Assembly: GCF_001194135.2 (NCBI RefSeq)
Contig: NC_069003.1
Location: 22,196,648-22,229,426 of the forward strand
Length of the DNA stretch: 32,779 nt
Direction: 5' to 3'
Origin: Octopus bimaculoides
Taxonomy: Eukaryota
Under the pieces are notes generated by a model. That model searched no databases and was not told where the DNA came from. It saw only the letters and a list, made by a program, of their open reading frames with translations. The position numbers were made by a program, and so were the translations under genes. Every line of letters starts with the position of its first letter. Position 1 is the first letter of the stretch. Shown here in pieces: positions 22,500-32,692 of this stretch.

Positions 22500-22905
22500 T
22501 AATCATGGTCATTGCCAGTAGCATGATCTTTGAATGTTGGGCCTCAAAGAGGCAAGGGACGAGATGGTGAAGCATGATCTTCAAATGTCGGGCTTCACAG
22601 TAGTGATGACAAGTGATCAAGACCTTTGGCAATATGCTGTGCTTGTGAAGACTCATCAAGCCAGTGTCATGTTAATGGCACCCATGGAAACATAGTCATG
22701 GCTGTTGCATGGGCGTTGTGTATTTGACATCTGTGCTGCTGACACATAAAAAGCACCCATTAGATTCTTGCGGTAGCTGGCATTAGGAAGAGCATCCAGC
22801 TGTAGAAATCATGCCAAATCAGACTGGAACCTGGTACAGCCCTCCGGCTTACCAGTTCCAGTCACACCATCTAACCCATACCAGCGTGGTGATGATGATG
22901 ATGAT
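22500..22905 (+). mobile_element. 5'-truncated RTE-type LINE 3' end
   Basis: Encodes EMVKHDLQMSGFTVVMTSDQDLWQYAVLVKTHQA, then the GGAAGAGCATCCAGCTGTAGAAA core and (GAT)n tail. Confidence 0.7.
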
Positions 22906-23262
22906 GATGAAGAACCAAAAGACATGAAAACACCAAAAAATATACTGGGTAAAATTTAATGAAGAAAAACTGTGGAAATAAACACTGCAGTTTTAGGCCA
23001 GTTATGAGGCTATCTTCACTTGTGCTGGTACCGCCAAAAGAAAAAGAAAACCATTCAGTATGCCCTGTAAAGTGGTTGGCACAAGAAAGGGGCCACCAGA
23101 CATAGAAACCATGCCAAAGTAGACATTGGAGCACAAAGCAGTCGTCTTATGTGTCAGTTGCTCTCAATCCATCCAACTTAAGCCAGAACAGAAGCCAAAC
23201 ATCAATTGATGGTGATGATAATGAAGATGAGAATGGGCAAAAGATTATAAGCAAATATTTAC

Positions 23263-23469
23263 CTCAATGTTAGCCTGATCGTCAGCATCATCAGCAACTG
23301 TTACAGAACTTTCTGGATTAGCATCCACCTTCCTCATCTCTTGTTCGGCGATCTTGTCTTCCTTCTTGGTGATGGTCTGCTTGATTGTACGATCATGGTG
23401 CCTTCTCTTCTCTTTCATCATCTCCAGCTGTTTTGTACTTTTGTTGTTGGCACAGATTTCAAACACTGT
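23263..23469 (-). CDS. DDX54: DDX54 coding exon
   Basis: ccttacag acceptor and gtaaat donor; 207 nt, phase 0 to 0. Encodes TVFEICANNKSTKQLEMMKEKRRHHD...DDQANIE, matching the TIFE...VMRxKR motif. Confidence 0.92.
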
Positions 23470-23992
23470 CTGTAAGGTATTTTTTTTTTTATAACAACGA
23501 TAATGATAATTAGAATAATTAGATGATTAGAATAATAATGATGATGATTACTTTTGACAGAATAATGTGAAAGCTAAAAGGTTAAAAACCATTACTAGTT
23601 TTATCATGTATAATATAAATACAATTTAGTATGTTAATTATATTACCTCACCACACCCTAAACCTTAATGCTCCCTTGGGGACAGTACCACCCACATTGA
23701 GAAATTCTGCTCTAAGTGACAGAGACCTTGCAAATATTTGACAGGTTTTTTTGAAGGGTGGAGCTTGTGGTAATAAAAGCTGAGGTAATAACTTACAATG
23801 CAAGGAGAAGCCGCTATGATCCATAGGGAAAGAGCTTACTCAACTGCGAGAAAGAGTAGCCATGTTTCCCTCACATCACACCCTACTTTACAAAACAAAA
23901 CAATAAACACATAGGACAACATTGTCAAATGGTCGAATCTGAAAGGTCTTTGACCATGGGGCTGACCTGAGGTTAAACAACAACACACTTAC

Positions 23993-24066
23993 CAAATTGG
24001 TTTTATACTTATGTAAGGCATTCATAAAATCTGCACGTTTCTGGTCATTTTTGGATATGTGGTCAC
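23993..24066 (-). CDS. DDX54: DDX54 coding exon
   Basis: ctcttcttcag acceptor and gtaagt donor; 74 nt, phase 1 to 0. Encodes (C)DHISKNDQKRADFMNALHKYKTNL. Confidence 0.92.
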
Positions 24067-24584
24067 CTGAAGAAGAGGACACATAGATGGAAAGAATAAA
24101 TTAGTAAGAATACCAATTTATATTTTGTGTCAACAACATAGCTATAAATTTATCCCAGGTATGGCGATAACCTCATGGTTTTGGGTTCAATCCCAAGGAG
24201 TGACATCTTATTTATTAAGATAGCTACCTCGATTCTAAGATTGCCTGTGTTGTGTTCCATGGCTCTGAAAGATTTGAGCTACCAGACCCAGGATCTTATC
24301 ATATCAATCAGAGTCACAGGATGTATAAGTGTAATAAGTTTAAACCTTCATTAAACATCAAGAACTAAACATTGCAAATTGGTCACTATCACAACAATAA
24401 AATGCACAAGTCACTACGCTCTCTCACAAATCTGAGCAAAGATATCAGCTCTATACCTCCTCCTATATCCCCTAGTGTCCTGATGAAAAGGCTCTAACTC
24501 CAAAATGTCAACAAAATACAATGTAAAGCATTAACTGTTGTTCTGTTATCATTCATTCTACATAGTTTTGACCTTGTGCCACAT

Positions 24585-24755
24585 AAAAAGCACCCGGTAC
24601 ACTCAGTAAAGTGGTTGGCATTAGGAAGGAAATCCAGCCACAGAAACCATGTCAACACAGACATCAGAGCCTAGCACAGTCCCCTGGCTAGCCAGCTCCT
24701 GTCAAACTGTTCAACCCATGCCAACATAGAAAACAGACATTAAGTGATGATGATG
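24585..24755 (+). mobile_element. LINE-tail family copy (older)
   Basis: AAAAGCACCC..GTGGTTGGCATTAGGAAGGAAATCCAGC core and GAT tail. Confidence 0.75.
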
Positions 24756-25589
24756 GGATTATATATATATATAAATTCAGAAGAGTGGTACAAGGCACCA
24801 ATATATATATATAAGTCAATACTTCATGCAAACTATTCTACTTGTGTGTATATATATAAAGCATTGGTTATAGAACAAACATTAAATTTGGGTCAACGAC
24901 TTTACATACAACACCATCCCTCAAACATTTAATCATATATAAAAAACACATAATAAATAATACATATACATAAAATCACAGAATGTAAAAATAAATATAT
25001 ATTCTAATAAAATACAAGTAGAACGGCTTATCAAAAGGTAAATATAACAACTAAAAATTTCAAAACTATCAAAAGGCCTAATGGACAAATATAAAATAAA
25101 GATAAAAATAAAATAAAGTAAGTGTCCACTGACTAAAAAGATTTTTATCAGACGATTAAAATGTTTTAAAAATTATTCTAAAAAATTATCTAAAAAAAAT
25201 TTTTTTTTTTAATATTTGAAAAAGTCTTTTACTCCCCTCACACAAGTATGCTCAAAGTTCATAATAAACAGATATCACAGGTCAAATTCAACATATCTAT
25301 GACCATTTTGGGAGCTTACCATTGCAGTTCATTTACACTGAAGTGCATCAAGGTGATGACCCCCTCATCAGGATAAACATGAAACATGCACAGATCAAAA
25401 CCTTTTATGAAAAGCTTATATAATTTAAGAAGAACCCATCAGCAGACCAGTCCAGTCCAAATTTTCTATAGAAAAAAAAAAAAAAAGACTATTGCTAAAC
25501 ACTCAGGTGGCTGTAGTTAACAGAAATTTAACCTTACCGGTTTCAAATCCCCGTAATGCTAAATAATTTTATTACATTTATTTTATTTC

Positions 25590-26372
25590 TATATACTTTC
25601 AAAAAGGTGGATGAAAACCTATGGTTGCAAAAAGGGGTCACCTCAGTAAATCTATTTAAAGTTTTTGGCCCAAAAGACTTAAGGATTGCAAGGGATTCCT
25701 TTACACACAACTTACACTTATTTATATTTACTCTGAAGGGGCTCTCGAAATAACGGACCATTCCAGAGAATAACTCTTATTATTTCTCTTCAGATCGTGT
25801 AAATAAGATGAGTGTGGTAGAGCTACAGTATTTTTCATTTGAGAACAAGCTCATGTGGGCCCTATATCTAGCCTTAAAATTTACTGTACTACCTATATAA
25901 ACTTATTTAAATTATCCTCATCCTTAACAACGCATTTATATATTGCATTAGTAATTAGACAGAACCTGTCCAGGGGAAATAATCCAGGGTTTCTACAATT
26001 ACATGATTTCCCATTGCCATCCCTAACCTTATTTCTACCACTAACAGTACTTGTCAGGTTTCCCATATTCACTCCTTCACATCTGTCATTACTGGGATTC
26101 GATACAACAGGTGGGAGCAAAATGTTGACATCACTAACCTTAGGCATATCACAACTTACCTGCCCAGAACCGGGGTTTCCATCGTAAGAACATCTCCAAT
26201 GCCCTTGCCCATTTAACTTGCTTCTATTTATAGATACAATAATGAAGGCCAAATTTGGCATTACTGAGTAAGAGAACTTGATAGAAGAGATATTGCAAAT
26301 GCTATAGTATTTATGACTCTTAGGGAAGTTCTCCTCCAGAATCCTAAAAAACATCTTGGGCAAATTTCTCAT
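25590..26372 (-). pseudogene. Penelope-type RT-EN linker and GIY-YIG endonuclease, frameshifted
   Basis: NFPKSHKYYSICN...IKFSYSVMPNL; CNCRN...PLDRFCLITNAIY; then in shifted frames YIGSTVNFKARY, LEWSVI and KCKLCVKESLAIL...LNRFTE...CNHR. These match the motif order of PLE endonucleases. Confidence 0.85.
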
Positions 26373-26375
26373 TTT

Positions 26376-27022
26376 NNNNNNNNNNNNNNNNNNNNNNNNN
26401 NNNNNNNNNNNNNNNNNNNNNNNNNNNNNNNNNNNNNNNNNNNNNNNNNNNNNNNNNNNNNNNNNNNNNNNNNNNNNNNNNNNNNNNNNNNNNNNNNNNN
26501 NNNNNNNNNNNNNNNNNNNNNNNNNNNNNNNNNNNNNNNNNNNNNNNNNNNNNNNNNNNNNNNNNNNNNNNNNNNNNNNNNNNNNNNNNNNNNNNNNNNN
26601 NNNNNNNNNNNNNNNNNNNNNNNNNNNNNNNNNNNNNNNNNNNNNNNNNNNNNNNNNNNNNNNNNNNNNNNNNNNNNNNNNNNNNNNNNNNNNNNNNNNN
26701 NNNNNNNNNNNNNNNNNNNNNNNNNNNNNNNNNNNNNNNNNNNNNNNNNNNNNNNNNNNNNNNNNNNNNNNNNNNNNNNNNNNNNNNNNNNNNNNNNNNN
26801 NNNNNNNNNNNNNNNNNNNNNNNNNNNNNNNNNNNNNNNNNNNNNNNNNNNNNNNNNNNNNNNNNNNNNNNNNNNNNNNNNNNNNNNNNNNNNNNNNNNN
26901 NNNNNNNNNNNNNNNNNNNNNNNNNNNNNNNNNNNNNNNNNNNNNNNNNNNNNNNNNNNNNNNNNNNNNNNNNNNNNNNNNNNNNNNNNNNNNNNNNNNN
27001 NNNNNNNNNNNNNNNNNNNNNN
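26376..27022. other. Assembly gap within the Penelope-like element
   Basis: N run. Confidence 1.
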
Positions 27023-27359
27023 GCGCGTATTTATTTTGTTCCTTTTAATACGTGAATTTTGATAGTTTTGAAATTTTTAGTTGTTATATCTACCTTTCGA
27101 TAAGCTGTTCTATTTGTATTTTATTAGAATATATATATTTTTACATTCTGTGATTTTATGTTTATGTATTATTTTTTATGTGTTTTTTATATATGATTAA
27201 ATGTTTGAGGAGTGGTGCTGTATGTAAAGTCGTTGACCCAAATTTAATGTTTGTTCTATAACCAATGCTTCTTTATCTTCGTCTCATTTATATTTGAGCA
27301 CTTCTTTTGCAGTCCTATAAAGCCTTTTGTTTCTATAAGAGACAAATATTATTTCCTGT

Positions 27360-27399
<40 letters not shown>

Positions 27400-27574
27400 T
27401 ACACCATTGGATTCCTGTTGCTAACACTTATCTGTTTCCAAGCAAGGCAATATTTTTCCAGAGATACTTCCACAGAATACTGGATACAAAGGATACTACC
27501 TGTGTAACAGTGATACTCATTTACAACTGTCAAGACAAATACACACTCACACACATGTATATCCAGAGATATGT

Positions 27575-27683
27575 GCTTCTTTTAATTTCCATCTACCAAT
27601 TCCACTCACAAGGCCTTGGTCAAGGAGCCATGCAGTGGGACTGAACCCAAAACTTCTTAACCACACAGCCATGCCTGCACCTA
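27575..27683 (-). mobile_element. SINE family A with internal deletion
   Basis: TTCCACTCACAAGGCCTTGGTC joined directly to CCATGCAGTGGGACTGAACCC. Confidence 0.8.
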
Positions 27684-27723
27684 TATATATATATATATAT
27701 ATAATACAAATAATATATGAGTA

Positions 27724-27770
<47 letters not shown>

Positions 27771-27773
27771 TAT

Positions 27774-28316
27774 ATTACATGGAAAAATGCAAGCATGAAA
27801 AGTAATATTCTTAAGATTATAAACATGGAAAAGTACAGGACAACTTATTACACCTGTAAAAGTATAGGACAAGTTATTACACCTGGAAAACTATAGGACA
27901 AGCTATTACTTCTATGAAAGTAAAGAATAAACTTTTTACTAAAAATATTGCAGCAAAGAATGCCAGTTATTCTAATTTATTACTCTTTACAGTTCTCATC
28001 TCTTAAATTTATTGTACAAAACTGTTCAGCTAATTTGTAACTTTGTCTAATTAGTCACTTTTTTCTGTATTTAAGGTAGTAAATTAGCCAAATTCTACTT
28101 AAGTATAGTGTTATTTATAAACTATAATATTATAATTTTTAATATTCAAATTTTAATTTCAGCTGCAATATTTTAAGCAAACAGTTTCTTATTCTTTACT
28201 TTACTAGAAGTAATAGCTTGTCCTATACTTTTTCAGTTGTAATAACTTGTCCTGTACTTTTCCAGGTTTATAATCTTAAGAATATTACTTTTCATCCTTG
28301 CATTTTTCCATGTAAT
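27774..28316. mobile_element. MITE-like element with long terminal inverted repeats
   Basis: Arms near 27774-27953 and 28162-28316 are reverse complements beginning TACATGGAAAAATGC; 29-bp subterminal repeats; non-coding AT-rich core. Confidence 0.75.
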
Positions 28317-29104
28317 CCATGATTTTTCCAGGCATTGCAGTTACAAGATAATAATGTGTCAATTAATAATTTAAGATTTTACCTTATAAAATACTGAAAG
28401 ATAATATTTCAATTTTTCCATGTAAGTGATGATAATATTTCTATTTTTTTTATTGTTTAAATTTATGTTATGATTGAATTATTTGATATTATCCATCCAC
28501 ACTAAATTAATGGCAGGGAATTTTACCATCTTGTTGGTTGCACCATGGCTCACCAAAAGTTACAAACAACAAGATCTCAAAACCATCAGTTACCAGGCTC
28601 ACCTTAAGTAACCTAGATTTTAAGTTGGTGATAATAGCACTGACTGCTGCTAATCTAGATGTATCAATAATTATTCAACAGTAATTATAAAATTACCTAT
28701 ATCCCATTAATATAAATTTGATTTATGAAAAATCCCTTTTAATTAATTTTGTAATTTAAAAAGTAAATTTAGAATATAAGCACTTTTAACCAATGTCTTT
28801 TCTGGACAGCCTTACTACATGCCTTCAGGGCTGCTCATAGAGGCACAGCCAAAAATGACTATATTCCTGCCCCAATAAATTTAGATGCATATATCTGAGG
28901 CATATAACACATTAATGAACCAGCCTGATTAAATAATTAACTAAAAAGAAAAGGAAATCAACTAAAAAGGAAAAGCAAAAAAAGCAGAAAGCAAGTTAAA
29001 GTGAAAGAGAAAATTAATAATAAAAGTTAAACTTACCCTAATTTAACAACATATTAAAAATAACTTTATTAAATACTTAATTAAATAAATAAAATATACA
29101 AAAG

Positions 29105-29215
29105 GTTAAGTTGACCTCGGTGGAATGTGAACTCAGAACGAAAAGACAGATGAAATACCGCTAAGCTTTTCTCCCAGCGCGATAACATTTCCGCCAACTC
29201 GCCGCGTTAGAATGT
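29105..29215 (-). mobile_element. SINE family E head fragment
   Basis: GTTGACCTCGGTGGAATGTGAACTCAGAAC, matching 1575-1670. Confidence 0.72.
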
Positions 29216-29854
29216 AAACATCATTTTAGAAATATATTCTTTATCTTAACATTATTGGGGCGTTACGTCTTACTTCTTCACTTACTGACAATAAATTTTA
29301 TGTCATTTCACTTCATAAGTTTTTTTCTACAAATTTTTGTTCAATGCAACTAACGATTCTGAATTGCTCGTGCATTATTCTATCATTTAAGCCTAAGAAA
29401 AGTATACTTTTATTTTAAAATAAAAAAATTTATGTTAATTGAAAATGAACAGGTGCCTTACTGCCCACCTTTAGACATGACATAATTTGATGTAACTTTT
29501 TTTTTCTACTGAACCAAATCTCAAACTATTTATGCCAAAGTGTAGCTGAGGAGGAGTCCTCTTTAAAACCATTAACAGCTTGCAATTTAGTTGAGAACTG
29601 AATTAGTGGTAAAGCTTGGAAGCTGCTGCGATTGACGAAATGGTGGACTTGAGAATATATTCAACCACTACCGTGGTTGAATGACACATACATACATATC
29701 AATACAGAGCAAATAATTCATGAGAAAATAATTTGTGGAGATATCATTGACTGTATTAGTATCTAGTGTAACAGTTTAAAAATGATAATAACAGAATCAA
29801 TAATATAGGCAATTACAGGCCCTCCCAAAAAGCATTAAATAGCTGAAGGATTAA

Positions 29855-29976
29855 AATTAATCAAAGGACATACTAAGTATGTCTACCTGCTGGAAATAAC
29901 AGTCAAAACTCTTAAATAAGAGTTTTGACTGCTATTTCCAGCAGGCAGACATACTTAGTATGTCCTTTGATTAATT
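29855..29976. other. Near-perfect 122-nt palindrome (60-bp arms) in a DDX54 intron
   Basis: 29855-29914 is the reverse complement of 29917-29976 with only two mismatches (29885/29946 and 29899/29932). Confidence 0.95.
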
Positions 29977-30492
29977 ATATATATAGGGAGAATTCACGAA
30001 AAAACAACAGACGAAGACAGGTGGTGTAAACAACAAATGGATGTATTAGCTCGGGAATAGAGAAAGTCTTTAATGTTTCGAGCCTACGCTCTTCAACAGA
30101 AAGGAACACAGAAAGAAACAAAGAGAGAAAAAAATGTGTGTAGTGGTCAACATACCCACTATACAGAGAGAAATAAATCTTGGAATAGCATAGAAAGGAC
30201 CAAGATAGATAAGCCAACTCGTGGTATGACAACCAAAAGTACCAGAGTGTCATTGATGCGACCCCTAGCAGCAAACTAGCAGATCTTTTTAGGAAAACCT
30301 TAGATAAGTTGAATCTAGGGATTAAAAAATATATATAAAGCATAAGCATAAAAAACAAAAATCTAATCATTCCAATATAAAATCAAAAATTATTTCAAAG
30401 GTTAAACTGAAATCTAACAATAACTGAACCAAACTCACCACCAATCATCCCCATCTCACCCTGCAACAAAAAGATATATCAGAAAAACTTAC

Positions 30493-30628
30493 AGAAAATA
30501 GGATGGACCCCAATATTGAGTGCTCCATTATCAAGTTCTTTCATTCTCTTGACAGACTCTCCAGCCGGTGGTGGTCGTGTCTTGACATACTGCTTGTAGG
30601 CTTTTTCACAGACTTGCATCATATTTTG
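30493..30628 (-). CDS. DDX54: DDX54 coding exon
   Basis: atttcag acceptor and gtaagt donor; 136 nt, phase 0 to 1. Encodes QNMMQVCEKAYKQYVKTRPPPAGESVKRMKELDNGALNIGVHPIF, matching the DDX54 AxxQYVRSRPxPSxESIKRAKE...HPLF motif. Confidence 0.95.
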
Positions 30629-31094
30629 CTGAAATTACAAAAATAAAAGAAAAAATGTAAACCCACTGTAGAGGAGAGTAGCTTAGGTTACAATGATATA
30701 CCCTATATTGGTCATGGACCATTCTAGAGGTCATAGCTTGTCCCATACAACTTAGTGTATGTCACAATCATGTTTTCATTCATTCTTCTTCCAACCAATG
30801 AAAACAAAGGAGTTTTTAATTGGTTACTTGTCCTGCTAGAAATGAAATGGTGACCAAATCTCCCTCTATTTACAGGTTAGTCTTGCTCAAGCTGCTACAC
30901 ATTTGGAGTGAACCTGAAACTACTTAATTGCACAGAACGCTTGATCTAGGTGGAGAAATGGCAAAGTCAGAGCATCAGACAAAACTCACATTTTTGTTAA
31001 ATGCTTGCATGGATCAGATTAAATTGGTTTCAGGCAGATTTTCTACCATTAGCTAATCCTCACCTCTTTCCAAACTGGGTAATACGTCCCTCAT

Positions 31095-31370
31095 ACTAAG
31101 GCAGAGAGCTGGCCGGATCATTTGTGCACCAGGCAAACTACTTAGCAGCATTTTGTCTATCTATATATATTCTCAGTTCAAATCCTGCCGTAGTCAACTT
31201 TGCCCTTCATCCTTTCAGGGTCAATAAAATAAGTACCAGTTGAGTGCTGGGGTTGATGTAATCGACTTACACCCTTGATAAAATAAATATGAGTTGGACA
31301 CTGGGGTCAATGTAATTGACTTACCCCACTCTCCCAAAATTGCTGGCCCTGTGCCAAAATCTGAAATTAA
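31095..31370 (+). mobile_element. SINE family E with a duplicated central segment
   Basis: CAGTTCAAATCC B-box; CTGGGGTTGATGTAATCGACTTAC occurs twice. Confidence 0.78.
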
Positions 31371-31415
31371 TATTAATGGCATCAGTGAAGCATTAATAAA
31401 TAGTTTAATACTTAC

Positions 31416-31507
31416 AATATCAATGTTTTCTGTGTGCCACCGTGATAGCGTGTCCTGCCAGACATCGATCAGGGAACTTGGTACCGAGCCAAATAAACCA
31501 TCCTCAT
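31416..31507 (-). CDS. DDX54: DDX54/DBP10 coding exon (first in window; upstream exons lie outside the window)
   Basis: ttttctag acceptor and gtaagt donor; 92 nt, phase 1 to 0. Encodes (D)EDGLFGSVPSSLIDVWQDTLSRWHTENIDI, matching the DGxxGxVP segment after the helicase core of DDX54. Confidence 0.88.
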
Positions 31508-31547
31508 CTAGAAAACAAATCATATTTATAATAAAAAAAAAAGTGGA

Positions 31548-31712
31548 CATCATCATCATCATTTAACATTCACCCTCCATGCTGGCATAGGTTGGACTGT
31601 TTGGCAGGAGCTGGCCAGGCTCCAACAGTCTGTTTTGGCATGGTTTCTACGAATGAATGCCAACTACTTTACAGAGTGTGCTGGGTGCTTTTTACATGTC
31701 ATTGGCACAGGA
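31548..31712 (-). mobile_element. LINE-tail family copy (older)
   Basis: (CAT)n then TTTAACATTCACCCTCCATGCTGGCAT, as in the other minus-strand copies. Confidence 0.7.
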
Positions 31713-32061
31713 CATTAAAAAAGACAAAAAAAAAGAACATTCTTGTATAAGTAAGGATGTTGCATTTTAATGTTCGCTTTTCCAAGCTTGCATGGGCCAG
31801 ATGGCTTTTGTTGCTGCTGCAGTTGTTGCTGTCACCACCAACACAAAGACTCAGCAACAATCAGAAGGAAACGAAACACTAGCACCATGTGAATTTTGTC
31901 AGAAAAATGTGAACTTCCAGAACTGGTATGAAAGATTAACTCATTGCAATAAATTTTTGTGTTAAATTGAGCAAAAACACTACAGAAATTTATGAAATAC
32001 TTATGGATTATGGATCATGAAATGTTTATGGATTAACTTGTATGAGTCAAGCATCTGTTTT

Positions 32062-32516
32062 TTGCTGGCATAAGAGGTCAGCTGAAGCAAGTACACTGGG
32101 GGGCTCATGACGATCCCCTTTTTGACAACAAGGGCATCATCTACATCCACTGGGTTCCCCTGGTCAGACAGTCAACAAAGAGCACTTTGTGGAGGTTTTG
32201 AGAGAGTTCAGGAAGAGATTTCACTGCAAAAGGTCAGAGCTCTTCCACTCAGGGTCAGGTCAGTGGCACCTGCACCAGTCCACAATTCCATCCTGGTAAC
32301 CAACTACTTAACAGAGACGGGCATCATGCTCCTTACATACCAGACCTTGTTCCCTGTAACTTTTAGTTACTCTCTGAGCTGAAGGAGACAAAGGAAGATG
32401 TGACAAGTGTTCTGGACACCTTCACTTTGGAAGATGTTCATGTAAGCTTCATGAAGTGATTGGAAACCTACAACAACTGCACTGAAGCCAGAGAATCCTA
32501 CTTTGAAGGAGATTAG
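32062..32516 (+). pseudogene. Mariner (Tc1/mariner) transposase C-terminal relic
   Basis: FDNKGIIYIHWVP, GQTVNKEHFVEVLREFRKR, WHLH, APVHNSILVTNYL, ending YFEGD-stop at 32516; frameshifted, with the catalytic DN deleted. Confidence 0.85.
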
Positions 32517-32540
32517 AGTTTTGTACATCTTTGAAATAAG

Positions 32541-32692
32541 TGGCTGTGTGGTAAGTAGCTTGCTTACCAACTACATGGTCCTGGGTTCAGTCCCACTGTG
32601 TGGCACCTTGGGCAAGTGTCTTCTACTATAGCCTCGGGCCAACCAAAGCCTTGTGAGTGGATTTGGTAAACGGAAACTGGAAGAAGCCCGTC
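32541..32692 (+). mobile_element. SINE family A, full length
   Basis: TGGCTGTGTGG A-box, GGGTTCAGTCCC B-box; lies just after the mariner relic. Confidence 0.88.

Larger units (their letters stand above)
24859..27270 (-). mobile_element. Penelope-like retroelement fragment bounded by inverted ~215-bp arms
   Basis: GIY-YIG endonuclease relic inside; arms at 24859-25074 and 27057-27270 are reverse complements. The gap at 26376-27022 hides the upstream part. Confidence 0.8.

Noticed and set aside
24480-24510. Hammerhead-like CTGATGA...CAAAATGTC
   Set aside because: Stem II does not pair convincingly and GAAA is lost; too degenerate to call.
25590-26372. Selenocysteine recoding in the Penelope-like ORF, as reported for some PLE clades
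   Set aside because: The interruptions I can see are frameshifts and TAG or TAA, not in-frame TGA at Cys positions.
32541-32600. tRNA-like A and B boxes as a tRNA gene (also the other SINE heads)
   Set aside because: No complete cloverleaf or acceptor stem; each continues into a multi-copy SINE body.
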